Below the pieces are notes generated by a model that did not search any database, was not told the DNA's origin, and worked only from the letters and a program-made list of their open reading frames with translations. The position numbers and the translations under genes were made by a program. This document shows positions 17,206-27,264 of a stretch of DNA of 64,000 nucleotides, in pieces. Numbering within the stretch: position 1 is the stretch's first letter; each line of letters starts with the position of its first letter. Origin of the DNA: a virus (lineage: Duplodnaviria; Caudoviricetes); the IMG/VR virus record IMGVR_UViG_3300047334_000093, positions 524-64,523 of that record; one strand, written 5' to 3'.

Positions 17206-18714
17206 GTGCTTCTGCCATCTCTGCGCCACTACGGTGAAATTCGCAAAAACCTTGCTGAACGGCATCTGATTGATTTTGTGCGTCTTATGTGGCCGGCAGT
17301 AGAGCCGTCTAACCCGATGGTTGAGGGCTGGACCTTAGACGCGATTGCGGATCATCTTGAGGCGGTTGAAAGTGGTCAGATCAAACGATTGCTGATCAAT
17401 GTGCCGCCGGGGTTTTCGAAGTCTCTAATCACCAACGTATTTTTCCCAGCTTGGATATGGGGGCCTCGGGGCAACCCTTCGGCGCGCTTCATAAATGCTT
17501 CTTATTCGTCTTCTCTAACGGAGCGAGACAACGTAAGGTTTGGTCAAGTAATACATTCTCCGGAATATATAAAATTCTGGGGTGGTGAATTTGAAGCTGG
17601 TTATTCCAGAGTAAAGCTAGAGAATAGTCGTACAGGTTGGAAGCTAGCTACTTCGGTGGGAGGCGTGGGTACTGGGGAACGCGGGGATTTTTTCCTATGC
17701 GATGATCCAAATTCGGTAAAGGAGGTAGATTCTGAGGCGGTTCGGGAATCAACGAACCAATGGTGGCGCGAGGTTGTGCCGACTCGGTTGAGTATACCGT
17801 CTGAAAGCGCTATTGTTGTCATTCAACAGCGCACTCATGAACAAGACGTGAGCGGTATCACGTTGGCGGGCGACATGGGGTATGAGCATCTCATGATCCC
17901 TATGCGGTATGACAGCAAGCGGCATTGCACCACGTCTATCGGCTGGTCTGATCCACGTTCCGTTGACGGCGATCTTTGTTGGCCAGAGCGGTTTCCAGAG
18001 AAAGAAGTCCATCAGCTTGAACGTATTCTCGGCCCGTTCGCAACGGCGGGACAGCTTCAGCAGTCTCCTTCACCCAGAGGCGGCGGGATTGTTAAGCAAG
18101 ACTGGATAGGGTTGTGGGACTTTCCCCAATATCCGCCGTTTGAGTATCTGGTCGCAAGCCTTGATACCGCGTTGACAAGCAAGCAAGAAAACGACTACTC
18201 GGCTTGCGTCGTGTTGGGGCTTTACCGCGACGATTACGGCAACCCCAAGGTCATGATCGTCTACGCCTGGCAGGAACGATTAGAATTTCACGATTTGCTG
18301 TTTCGCGTGGCTGAGACTTGCAAGAAATATCACATTGACAAACTACTTATTGAAGCCAAGACGGCCGGGCACTCGATCGAGCAAGAGATGCGCCGAACAT
18401 ACAAGGATCGGAGTTTCGGCATTGAGTTTTATAACCCAACGGGCGAAGGCGATAAGGTTTCGCGCGTCTATGCCACCCAATGGATTTACTCGGACGGTAT
18501 CGTGACGGCGCCGGATAAGGTATGGGCGCAGATGACGATTGATGCGTTGTGCGCTTTTCCGCGTGGCGCGCATGATGATCTTGTGGACGCCATGACGCAA
18601 GGGATGCAGCATCTTCGCCGCGTTGGGTTGGCATTGCGGCGCGAAGAGCAAGCGACCGAATATGGCCGTGAGATTACGCTGCAAGACAAACAAACGGCGC
18701 TTTATCCGGTCTGA
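17206..18714 (+). CDS. terL: terminase large subunit
   Basis: LLINVPPGFSKS (Walker A variant), DDP, IQQRTH, SLDTA, IEAK, FPRGAHDDLVDA. Confidence 0.95.
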   Translation: MLLPSLRHYGEIRKNLAERHLIDFVRLMWPAVEPSNPMVEGWTLDAIADHLEAVESGQIKRLLINVPPGFSKSLITNVFFPAWIWGPRGNPSARFINASYSSSLTERDNVRFGQVIHSPEYIKFWGGEFEAGYSRVKLENSRTGWKLATSVGGVGTGERGDFFLCDDPNSVKEVDSEAVRESTNQWWREVVPTRLSIPSESAIVVIQQRTHEQDVSGITLAGDMGYEHLMIPMRYDSKRHCTTSIGWSDPRSVDGDLCWPERFPEKEVHQLERILGPFATAGQLQQSPSPRGGGIVKQDWIGLWDFPQYPPFEYLVASLDTALTSKQENDYSACVVLGLYRDDYGNPKVMIVYAWQERLEFHDLLFRVAETCKKYHIDKLLIEAKTAGHSIEQEMRRTYKDRSFGIEFYNPTGEGDKVSRVYATQWIYSDGIVTAPDKVWAQMTIDALCAFPRGAHDDLVDAMTQGMQHLRRVGLALRREEQATEYGREITLQDKQTALYPV

Positions 18715-20975
18715 TGTCCGCTTCTCTTTCGGCCTTAGCAAATAACGGGTTTATCCGCCAACTTCTACCTGATCCGACAGACTTGCCCGCAATGGACGTT
18801 GAACCGGAGGACGACACATCTCCGGTCTCGGTTGATCCCGAAACGGGCGCCATTACGGTTGAGGATGGTGATGGCGGCGTTGTTATCAATTTCAATCCCA
18901 AACCTGAACCAAAAGAATCAAAGAATTTTAGCGATAATCTCGCGGAATTAATTGATGATATGGAGCTTGGTCGGATTGCCAACGATCTTCTGACCGGCAT
19001 TTCGGCAGACGACGATAGCCGCCGCGAATGGTTAGAGACGCGCGCTCGCGGGCTTGAGATGTTGGGCATGAAGCTTGAGGCCCCGCGGGCTGGAGCGTCT
19101 GGTGACAGCGCTCCGATGGAGGGGATGAGCACGGTTCGCCACCCGTTGCTCATGGAGGCGTCTCTCAGATTTCAGGCGAACGCCCGATCCGAGATGTTGC
19201 CCACTGATGGACCGGTTAAGATTAAAAATTGGTCTGAGGCCAATGACGAACTTGCCGAAGCGCTTGAGCGCGATCTCAACAAATATCTGACCAGCACGGC
19301 AACCGAGTATTATCCCGACACTGACCAAATGCTTTTTGTGATCGGTTTTGGGGGCTCTGGGTTCAAGAAAGGTTACGCCTGCCCGATTCGGCGCCGTCCG
19401 GTGCTGGAGAGCATTGATGCAAAAGACGTGATTGTCAGCGAAGGCGCGACCGATCTCCGCAACGCTCCGCGGGTTACGCATCGGATTGCGATGCGGACTT
19501 CAATGGTCAAGCGGATGCAGATTGCTGGCGTTTATCGCGACGTGGACATTGGCCAAGCAAATCAGTTGGCTGATGAGGTCGATGAGACAAACGCTGATAT
19601 TCAAGGTATTGCCGCGGTTCCAACTCGGCCGGAAGATCAAGACCACACCATATATGAGTGTTATTGTGAACTTGATATATCGGGGTTTGAGCACAAAAAG
19701 GGATTGCCGCTTCCCTATCGTGTAACGCTGGATCGTGACAGCCAAACGATCCTTGAAATCAGGCGCAATTGGGATGAAGAAGACCCGATGTGCTTGGGTA
19801 AAATGCCGCTTATTCGGTGGACGTATGTGCCATACGGACTTTACGGCATTGGACTTGTTCATATCCTCGGAAATACGACCAACGCCCTGACGGCAGCGCT
19901 GCGCGAGATGCTTGACGCTGGCATGTATGCCAATTTCCCCGGCGCGCTGGTCAGCGAAGACGGCGGACGGCAAAAAACGGCAAACATTCGCGTGCCTCCT
20001 GGCGGCTTGGCGCAAATTCAGACGGGTGGCAAAAAGCTCAGCGATGTCGTGGCGCCGCTGCCATATAAGGATGTTTCCTCGGGTTTGATGGCGCTTTGCC
20101 AACACATCGAAGAGATGGGTCAGCGGCTGGGCGGAACGGCAGAACTGCAGGTCGGTGAAGGCCGCGCAGATGTTCCGGTCGGTACCATGCTGGCCACGAT
20201 CGAACAAGCTACGAAGGTGCAGGACAGCGTTCATAAGCGCCTTCATGCCGCCCAGGCCGAAGAATTTCAGCTTCTCAAAAGCTTGTTTCGCGAAGACCCG
20301 GAAGCGTTTTGGCGGTTTAACAAGCGCCCCGCTCGGCAGTGGGACGAAGCTACGTTTTTACATGCGCTAGATAATTGCGATTTTGTGCCGATGAGCGATC
20401 CAAATACGCCGTCGCACATGCACCGACTTATGAAAGCCACGGCATTGTTGCAATTGGCTCAAGCGGCGCCGCAATATTTTGATGTCCCTGCCGTGATCAA
20501 GAAAGCCATGGGGATGGCCGGGATATCGGACATTGATAGCTTGATGGCGCCGCCCGGCGCCGCACCACCACAACCTCCCAACCCGCAAGTTATTGCCGCC
20601 CAGACCAAATTGCAGATTGCTCAGATGGACAATGCGCGCGCGCAACAAGACCAGCAACAGGCTGCGCAGCAAGCCGAGATACAACGTCAGTTTGAAGCTC
20701 AGCAGAATGCTCAAAAAGCTCAAATTGAAATGGCTAAGCTTAAAATTGATCAGCAGCGTGCTCAAATTGATGCGCAGAACAACGCAGGCGATTATCAGGT
20801 GCAGGTCGCGCAGCTTGGCCTGCAAGCTCAAGATGTGCAGATGGGTCACGCCATGACGGCACATCAAACGGCAACCGAAACGATGCACCAAAATGCCGAT
20901 CGCGAGCAGCGCACGGCGCTGGCTCAACTGCAAGCCAAGGCGGCTGCCAAGGCAAAACCAAAGGCACCGAAATGA
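18714..20975 (+). CDS. portal protein with Q-rich C-terminal barrel
   Basis: Follows terL; DDDSRREW...HPLLMEA...GLYGIGL...PVGT; long Q/A coiled coil as in P22-like portals. Confidence 0.9.
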   Translation: MSASLSALANNGFIRQLLPDPTDLPAMDVEPEDDTSPVSVDPETGAITVEDGDGGVVINFNPKPEPKESKNFSDNLAELIDDMELGRIANDLLTGISADDDSRREWLETRARGLEMLGMKLEAPRAGASGDSAPMEGMSTVRHPLLMEASLRFQANARSEMLPTDGPVKIKNWSEANDELAEALERDLNKYLTSTATEYYPDTDQMLFVIGFGGSGFKKGYACPIRRRPVLESIDAKDVIVSEGATDLRNAPRVTHRIAMRTSMVKRMQIAGVYRDVDIGQANQLADEVDETNADIQGIAAVPTRPEDQDHTIYECYCELDISGFEHKKGLPLPYRVTLDRDSQTILEIRRNWDEEDPMCLGKMPLIRWTYVPYGLYGIGLVHILGNTTNALTAALREMLDAGMYANFPGALVSEDGGRQKTANIRVPPGGLAQIQTGGKKLSDVVAPLPYKDVSSGLMALCQHIEEMGQRLGGTAELQVGEGRADVPVGTMLATIEQATKVQDSVHKRLHAAQAEEFQLLKSLFREDPEAFWRFNKRPARQWDEATFLHALDNCDFVPMSDPNTPSHMHRLMKATALLQLAQAAPQYFDVPAVIKKAMGMAGISDIDSLMAPPGAAPPQPPNPQVIAAQTKLQIAQMDNARAQQDQQQAAQQAEIQRQFEAQQNAQKAQIEMAKLKIDQQRAQIDAQNNAGDYQVQVAQLGLQAQDVQMGHAMTAHQTATETMHQNADREQRTALAQLQAKAAAKAKPKAPK

Positions 20976-21409
20976 AAACCAAATACGCACAGCCCAAAAA
21001 AATCACCGACATAACGGCGAAGAAGACTGTCATGGGTAACGGCAAAACCAAACCTGTGATGAATTCTGACGGTACGGCGCCGGCCGCGCGAATGGATCGA
21101 GCGCCGCGGGCTGCGGGGGGCAGAACGCCGAAAGGAAAGACGACCGTCAATGTCATTGTAGCACCGCAGGGAGGGGGTCAGCCTGCGGCGCCAATGGCAA
21201 TGCCGCCAGGTGGCGCTCCTCCAATGGTTCCGCAGCGGCCGCTTATGCCGCCCGCTGCGCCTGCGCCCGGGGCGATGCCGCCACCAGGTATGGGCACACC
21301 GCCGCCTGGGATGATGGCCCGCAAAACAGGAGGTCGCGTCAATATGGATGCTGGCGCTGGCGGCGGGTTAGGGCGATTGGAAAAAATCAAAGCTGAACGC
21401 GGCAAATGA
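20972..21409 (+). CDS. basic Pro-rich putative virion protein with xxGGR motifs
   Basis: RAAGGR, RKTGGRV, GAGGGLGRLEK. Confidence 0.75.
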   Translation: MKTKYAQPKKITDITAKKTVMGNGKTKPVMNSDGTAPAARMDRAPRAAGGRTPKGKTTVNVIVAPQGGGQPAAPMAMPPGGAPPMVPQRPLMPPAAPAPGAMPPPGMGTPPPGMMARKTGGRVNMDAGAGGGLGRLEKIKAERGK

Positions 21410-21606
21410 TCGGATTCGAATCTCGGTTTCGCGAGCTTCTTGAGGAAATCGCCGAAGTTGAGGCTGAACGAATTGCTGGCAATGCTATGGGCATAGAAGA
21501 ACCAACATTGTACCAGATCGGCCACGCATCTGGCCGTTATTACGCGCTGAGAACTATCGTCCCACAACTTTGCGCAGAGATCGAAAAACAACTACAACGG
21601 AGCTAA
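21406..21606 (+). CDS. hypothetical head-module protein
   Basis: Small helical ORF, Y...SGRY.AL pattern, before groES. Confidence 0.65.
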   Translation: MIGFESRFRELLEEIAEVEAERIAGNAMGIEEPTLYQIGHASGRYYALRTIVPQLCAEIEKQLQRS

Positions 21607-21610
21607 CACA

Positions 21611-22000
21611 ATGGCTTTGGCAGCCATGCACTTATCTGACCCGGCGGACGGGTTGCGGAATAAAGTAGGATCGCTGAAAGGTTTTGAGCTTTTTCATAAT
21701 CAGGTTCTAGTCGCGACCTATTTTCGACCCGAGAAATCAAAGGGCGGTATTTTCCTTCCCGAACAAGTTGCAAAAGGTGATCGGTTTGAGGGTAAGGTCG
21801 GACTTGTGCTTATGACAGGCCCTGCGGCGTTCTTGGACGATGCCAATTTTGCCTTTCACGGCGTCAAGGTGCATGAAGGCGAATGGGCCGTGTATCGACC
21901 GTCTGATGGTTGGGAATGCGAAATCAACGGTCAGTTATGCCGAATTTTGTCGGATAGCAACATCAAAGGTCGGGTTGCGCATCCCGACATGGTGTTCTGA
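21611..22000 (+). CDS. groES: GroES/Cpn10-like co-chaperonin
   Basis: VLV...EKSKGGIFLPE...GLVLMTGP.A...GEW...CRILSDSNIKG. Confidence 0.8.
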   Translation: MALAAMHLSDPADGLRNKVGSLKGFELFHNQVLVATYFRPEKSKGGIFLPEQVAKGDRFEGKVGLVLMTGPAAFLDDANFAFHGVKVHEGEWAVYRPSDGWECEINGQLCRILSDSNIKGRVAHPDMVF

Positions 22001-22233
22001 TGGATACGATTCATTCATTGGTAGACACTGCTTATGCTGCGTCATATCGCCCTGGCGAAAAAACAGCGCTGATTACAAATCTGACGGCATTGTTGAAATC
22101 TGATTCAACACAAATGGATTTGGCCAATCAGCTCGTTGCTTCAATGGTTGGCATTCCAACGGAGCGGTGCGTCATAACAGCCGCCAAACTTTCAGTTCTT
22201 CGTTCCGCGATTGCAGGAGCGCAAAATGGCTGA
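22000..22233 (+). CDS. hypothetical protein
   Basis: Fills the gap and is coupled to both neighbours. Confidence 0.5.
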   Translation: MDTIHSLVDTAYAASYRPGEKTALITNLTALLKSDSTQMDLANQLVASMVGIPTERCVITAAKLSVLRSAIAGAQNG

Positions 22234-23152
22234 AGAAGAACTCCTGATCGAAGATGGAGAAACCATTGAGGTTGAACTTCCGTCTGCAGAAGCCAAAGAG
22301 GCGCCGGTTGTCGTTACGCAAGACGACGGCATAGCAGAACTTAAAAAGCAGCTTGAAGAAGCGAAACAACAAGCTGAAGTTGAAAAAAGAGCACGCGAAG
22401 CTGCCGAACTTCGAGCCAAATCAAGTGACCAGCAAGCAATTCAGTTTCGCTCGGCGGCCGAACAATCGCAGTATGAAACAGTCGTTCGGGCGCTTGATCA
22501 GCATCAAGCCCAGGCTGATATCATTGAAGCCCGACTTACTAAAGCCATGGAATCTGGAGATTACGTTGCGGCTGCAAAAGCGCAACGCGAGCAATCCGCC
22601 ATGCAGGCAAGAATTATTCAGCTTGAAAACGGCAAACTTGGCTTAGAGCAAAAACGCAATCAGCCTGCTGAGCGTACAGTTGATCCGATAGAGGCACAAC
22701 TTGCTCAATTTTCAGGGCCAACACGGGACTGGTTAAGAAGTCACCCGGATGTTTTGACAAATCCCGAACAGGGTCAGCTCGCAGCCTCGGCAGATATTAA
22801 GGCAAAGCGGGCTGGATATCAGCCAGACACGACGGAATATTTTGCTTTTGTCGAACGTGAGCTCGGATATGCGCAACCAATGGAACCAGCAAAACCCCGT
22901 GCGGCGCCAATCCCCGCTGCCCCGCCGTCTCGCGAAACATCACCGCGTCAGGCATCATCAGGCGGCATGGGTTTGACGCCCGATCAAGCTCGGCACGCTG
23001 CATCTATTGGCATTCAGGTCAACGGAAACACAGTGCGGTTAAACGCGAAAGCGCGGGCAAATGCCGAAACATGTGGACTTAGCGATGCCGATTATGCCAA
23101 GGCCGCACTGGCTGATATCCGCGACGGTCGTATTTCCGATAGGATAAATTAA
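22226..23152 (+). CDS. putative scaffolding protein
   Basis: Acidic N-terminus, long coiled coil, C-terminal GLSDADYAK; upstream of capsid genes. Confidence 0.7.
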   Translation: MAEEELLIEDGETIEVELPSAEAKEAPVVVTQDDGIAELKKQLEEAKQQAEVEKRAREAAELRAKSSDQQAIQFRSAAEQSQYETVVRALDQHQAQADIIEARLTKAMESGDYVAAAKAQREQSAMQARIIQLENGKLGLEQKRNQPAERTVDPIEAQLAQFSGPTRDWLRSHPDVLTNPEQGQLAASADIKAKRAGYQPDTTEYFAFVERELGYAQPMEPAKPRAAPIPAAPPSRETSPRQASSGGMGLTPDQARHAASIGIQVNGNTVRLNAKARANAETCGLSDADYAKAALADIRDGRISDRIN

Positions 23153-23153
23153 G

Positions 23154-23615
23154 ATGCCGCATGAACCACAAAGAACGCCTATGCGAAGCAGCGCCCCGGT
23201 CGTGGACCGGCTTGAACGTCGCAGCAATCGAGACCAATGGGCGTTTGATATTCCGAAGCACAAAATTCCCGAGGGAACGTCATACGAGTTTAAGGCAACT
23301 CATATTTTGAATGAACCCAATACTACCCATATGATGGGGCTTGCTTTGGATCATTGGCGCCCGGTTCCGGCTGGGCGACACCCTGAGTTGGTGCCGCCTG
23401 GCACTGATCCGACATCTCCGTTGGTGGTCAAAAATATGACCCTAATGGAGCGGCCTCAATATTTGACCGATGAAGCGCGCGCCGAAGATCACCGAAACGC
23501 GCTGGAACCGGTAAATACGATGCGGCAAAAACTTGGTGAAAAAGTCGTTGATGCCGGCGGCATTCAGATCAACAAACTGCATCGTTCCATGGAACGATCT
23601 GAAATACCCGATTAA
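23154..23615 (+). CDS. conserved head-module protein
   Basis: IPEGTSYE...WRPVPAGRHPEL...LMERP. Confidence 0.7.
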   Translation: MPHEPQRTPMRSSAPVVDRLERRSNRDQWAFDIPKHKIPEGTSYEFKATHILNEPNTTHMMGLALDHWRPVPAGRHPELVPPGTDPTSPLVVKNMTLMERPQYLTDEARAEDHRNALEPVNTMRQKLGEKVVDAGGIQINKLHRSMERSEIPD

Positions 23616-23643
23616 ACGCTTGCGCCACAACTAAAGTTGTTGT

Positions 23644-23725
23644 AGCGCCATCAATTCGGTCTCTGCACGGCGCAGAGGCTTTGATTTCATTGGTTCCTCT
23701 TGGCAATGGATGCCTGGATGGCGCT
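23644..23725 (+). ncRNA. candidate structured cis-regulatory RNA in the capsid-operon leader
   Basis: AGCGCCATC/GATGGCGCT closing stem encloses two inner hairpins. Confidence 0.4.
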
Positions 23726-23742
23726 GATAGAAGGCTTGCGCC

Positions 23743-24330
23743 GTGGCAAACACACTCGCTCCATATGGCTTTATGCCGATCCGTCGCCAAGATGGCGCGG
23801 CTTGGACTAACAATTTAAGCGCTCGAAATTTAGCAAATTCATACAATACGCCTCTTTATCGAGGCGACGTTTTGGTTTCTCTAGGCAGCGGCTATGTCGC
23901 TCAGGCAACGCCTGGCACGACCCAGGTGGCAGGAATTTTTATGGGTTGTCGTTACCTGAGTTTGTCTCAAGGGCATTCGCTTTGGTTGCCGTTCTTTTCT
24001 GGGAACGGCGACGTTAATACGAATTCAGTGATTGACGTTTTCATGGTTGATGATCCTTCTGTCCTGTTCAAAGTGCAATGTAACGGCGGCCCCGTAACGC
24101 AGGCAAACATTGGCAACAATGCTAATTTTGCGATCGGAACCGGTTCGTCCGGAACTGGTCTAAGTGGCGCAACTTTAGATGTTTCGACAATTGCCACAAC
24201 GGCCACGTTGCCGTTTAGGATTGTTAGGCTCGTCACAAGTGTGGAAAACGGCGGCGACCCAACCACGGCATATAACGAAGTTGAGGTTGCATTTAACAAT
24301 CAGGACTTCAAGTCCTTAACGGGCATTTAA
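23743..24330 (+). CDS. capsid cement/decoration protein
   Basis: MANT..PYGF.P...GD...GIFMGC.Y...DDP...F.VQ; directly before the MCP. Confidence 0.7.
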   Translation: MANTLAPYGFMPIRRQDGAAWTNNLSARNLANSYNTPLYRGDVLVSLGSGYVAQATPGTTQVAGIFMGCRYLSLSQGHSLWLPFFSGNGDVNTNSVIDVFMVDDPSVLFKVQCNGGPVTQANIGNNANFAIGTGSSGTGLSGATLDVSTIATTATLPFRIVRLVTSVENGGDPTTAYNEVEVAFNNQDFKSLTGI

Positions 24331-24343
24331 GGAGTTCTGACAT

Positions 24344-25255
24344 ATGCCAGTTTCACTCGTATCAATCCGCAATGAGTTGTTGCCTGGTTTGCGCGACGTA
24401 TATGGGAAATACACGCAAATTCCGCAACAGTGGCCCCAGATGTTTAAATCTGGCAAGTCCAAAATGGCGTTTGAGCGTTCGACCGAAATGCGCTTTCTCG
24501 GATACGCGCAGATTAAGAACGAGGGCCAAGCAACCACGACGGATAACAATGCTGGAGAGCGCTATCTTTATAACCAAGAACACCAAGAAATTGGTCTCGG
24601 TTATGCGGTAACGCGTAAAGCCATTGATGACAACCTATACAAGCAGCAGTTTAACCCGTCAAACCTTGGCTTGCAAAATTCGTTTGTGCAGACAAAGGAA
24701 ATTTACGGCGCAAACGTCTACAATACTGCGAACGTCTACAACCCAATGGTTGGTGGCGATGGGCAACCGCTTTGCAGCACCGTGCACCCGATTGACGGCA
24801 ACGTTGTGGCAAACACCCCGACCGTGCAGGTCGACCTAAGCGAAACGTCACTGCTTAATGCTCAAATTTCAATCAGGACAAATTACCGCGACGCAGCTGG
24901 CCTGAAGATTTATGCTCGGGCGGAAAAACTTATCATTCCTCCCGCGCTTGAGCCAGTGGCGATCCGGCTGTTGAAAACAGTTTTGCGTCCCGGCACGCCA
25001 GACAACGACGTGAACGCCATTCTGTCTACAGCTGGCGGACTTTCCGATTATTTGGTGTGCGACTATCTCACATCTCCGTTTTCTTGGTTTATCAAAACCA
25101 ACATTGACGGACTTCTTTATCTCGAACGTATTCCATTTGAAATGGATATGCAGGTCGATTATGACACCGACAATCTAAAAGTTAAAGGATACGAGCGTTA
25201 TTCCTTTTCCTACTTCAACTGGCGCTCCATTTGGGGAAGTTTTCCCACCAGCTGA
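24344..25255 (+). CDS. major capsid protein (HK97 fold)
   Basis: LLPGL...S..AFE...K.EG...DGQPL.ST.HP...LIIPP.L...NDVN...ERYSF...WRSI.GS. Confidence 0.85.
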   Translation: MPVSLVSIRNELLPGLRDVYGKYTQIPQQWPQMFKSGKSKMAFERSTEMRFLGYAQIKNEGQATTTDNNAGERYLYNQEHQEIGLGYAVTRKAIDDNLYKQQFNPSNLGLQNSFVQTKEIYGANVYNTANVYNPMVGGDGQPLCSTVHPIDGNVVANTPTVQVDLSETSLLNAQISIRTNYRDAAGLKIYARAEKLIIPPALEPVAIRLLKTVLRPGTPDNDVNAILSTAGGLSDYLVCDYLTSPFSWFIKTNIDGLLYLERIPFEMDMQVDYDTDNLKVKGYERYSFSYFNWRSIWGSFPTS

Positions 25256-25287
25256 TAAGCGCAAAATCGGCTTAAAAGGGATTTGTT

Positions 25288-25536
25288 ATGAAAATGGTTG
25301 CGGGCCGCGGCGGCGCGGAATGGAAAAAAGACAGGGTTTCGAGCAATTCTCGAAAAGAAACGGCGAAAGCAGCTGATATCAAAACTGACGGCTATAAGCG
25401 GGGTGGCCGGATTGGCAAAGAGGTGGAAATGGCGGGCGAGAAAATGAAAGCAAACCTTTCTCGTCCCGGCCGCAAAATGGGTGGTCGCGTCGGTTGCGAA
25501 GACTCTCCGCTTTCCGGCGCTTCTAAGATTACCTGA
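25288..25536 (+). CDS. small basic protein with xxGGR motifs
   Basis: YKRGGRI, RKMGGRV, SPLSGA. Confidence 0.7.
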   Translation: MKMVAGRGGAEWKKDRVSSNSRKETAKAADIKTDGYKRGGRIGKEVEMAGEKMKANLSRPGRKMGGRVGCEDSPLSGASKIT

Positions 25537-25859
25537 TGCCTAATGCCAGGTATCAGACCATTACGGCCGTGGGGAGTTACCCGGTCGCGCTAGATTGGCG
25601 CGGCACCCCACCGGCTACCTCCATTCAGGTGGCCGTCACGGGCGGCTCTGGCACATATGGGCTTCAATGGACGCTGGATGATCTAAACACGACGGCCACG
25701 CCGCGGTGGGTGAACGATAACGGCATTCCGCCTGGCACAACTGCCGCCAGCGCTGTATCGTTTCAAAACTTTCCTGCTGCTTGGTTGCAGCTTGTCGTGA
25801 CATCCGCGATCGGCCTTACGCTTGAGTTTAAAGTGTTGGAATCGACACAACATAGCTGA
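25536..25859 (+). CDS. putative virion structural protein
   Basis: Beta-rich, Y.LQWTLDD motif, coupled. Confidence 0.7.
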   Translation: MPNARYQTITAVGSYPVALDWRGTPPATSIQVAVTGGSGTYGLQWTLDDLNTTATPRWVNDNGIPPGTTAASAVSFQNFPAAWLQLVVTSAIGLTLEFKVLESTQHS

Positions 25860-26551
25860 TGTCCGGAACATCAAATTCCTACGCATTTCAACTTTCTCTT
25901 GGTGAAATTTCCCAGCAAGCTTTGGGGCGGATTGGATTACCGCGCGGTGAAATTTCAGCGCATCATGTGCGCGATGCGGAAATTCTGGGAAATCTAATAT
26001 TATCTGAATGGAGCAATCAGGAGCCTAATCTTTGGCTTGTTGACACGCAAGTTGTTCCGCTTGTCGTCGGACAAGCCGTTTATGTTGTGCCTCCGACGAC
26101 TATAAATATTTTGGATGCATACGTTACTTTGAATGCCGGCACCGCGTATGCCCAAGACCTGATAATTATGCCATTAAGCCGCAGCGATTATGCGGCGATG
26201 CCAAACAAAATGCTTCCAGGCCGCACCTCTCAGTTCTGGTATGATCGTTTGATTGCGCCAACCATTACGCTCTGGCCTGTTCCAAATTTGCAAAATTTTA
26301 TTTTGACGTATTATCGTACGCGGCGCGCCCAGGATGCCGTGATGGCTAACGCCGATACGGTCGAATTGCCTTACCGGTTTATGGACGCTTACGTGGCTGA
26401 AATGGCAGCTCGATTGGCCATCACGTATGCGCCAGAAAAAGCCGGGCCTTTGGCCGTTGCGGCTGCGGCGGCTTATCAGAAAGCGTCTAACCAAGACGTT
26501 GAGGACGTTCCGATTTACATTTCTCCTTCTCTTTCTGGTTATTATCGTTGA
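25859..26551 (+). CDS. head-tail adaptor / tail tubular protein A-like
   Basis: N....EWSN..PNLW...SRSDY..MPNK..GR.SQFWYDR...LWPVP...PYRF. Confidence 0.75.
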   Translation: MSGTSNSYAFQLSLGEISQQALGRIGLPRGEISAHHVRDAEILGNLILSEWSNQEPNLWLVDTQVVPLVVGQAVYVVPPTTINILDAYVTLNAGTAYAQDLIIMPLSRSDYAAMPNKMLPGRTSQFWYDRLIAPTITLWPVPNLQNFILTYYRTRRAQDAVMANADTVELPYRFMDAYVAEMAARLAITYAPEKAGPLAVAAAAAYQKASNQDVEDVPIYISPSLSGYYR

Positions 26552-27258
26552 GCTGGCGGCCTCACAGTCGGGCACGAGTGCGAGCTTCAGCGCCTACGGC
26601 ATGGGCGGTTTGTGACCGTTGTGGGTTTACTTACAATCACGAAAATCTTGAGTGGCAATTCGAATATGCAGGGTCTCGGTTAGTCAACCGCCGCATATTG
26701 GTTTGTCAAACTTGCGTCGACGTTCCGCAAGAACAAAACAAACCAATACGCCTTCCGCCCGATCCGGTTCCGGTTCGTGATCCTAGGCCAGACCTTTATG
26801 CGCCCATGATGCCGTATATCGTGACGGACGATCGGGGCTCAGAACTTTACGATAGCAACGGTTCGCTTCAGACCGTTATCGGAAATACGCCTATCACGAC
26901 ATCTAGGTTTGTCGGAGATGCCATTTTGACTGACACGAGTGGTGATTTTTTAACTGACACAAATGGGCTATTTCTTAATGTGCCAGGCCAATACGTGAGT
27001 CCTGTTGCGGCTTTGGCGGGAACACCGACGATTCAACAAGTTAAAGTGGGGCAAGTAATCTTGGCTTCTCCGGTGTTTCCAACGCTCGGACCGGGAGACC
27101 CTTACAACCACGTCACGCGTGGCGATGGTGGCGGCATGGGGGTTCCGACACCGCCAACGCAACCGTGGCCAGGACGATCCTTGAACGCGTTGCTTGATAC
27201 CGGAACGAGCCCGATGCGGGACACGACCGGCGCTATTGTGTTCGACATACCGGATTAA
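26548..27258 (+). CDS. structural protein with N-terminal zinc ribbon
   Basis: CDRCGF...VCQTC.D.PQ...DPRP; C-terminal LTDxxG repeats. Confidence 0.7.
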   Translation: MSWRPHSRARVRASAPTAWAVCDRCGFTYNHENLEWQFEYAGSRLVNRRILVCQTCVDVPQEQNKPIRLPPDPVPVRDPRPDLYAPMMPYIVTDDRGSELYDSNGSLQTVIGNTPITTSRFVGDAILTDTSGDFLTDTNGLFLNVPGQYVSPVAALAGTPTIQQVKVGQVILASPVFPTLGPGDPYNHVTRGDGGGMGVPTPPTQPWPGRSLNALLDTGTSPMRDTTGAIVFDIPD

Positions 27259-27264
27259 GCGCCA

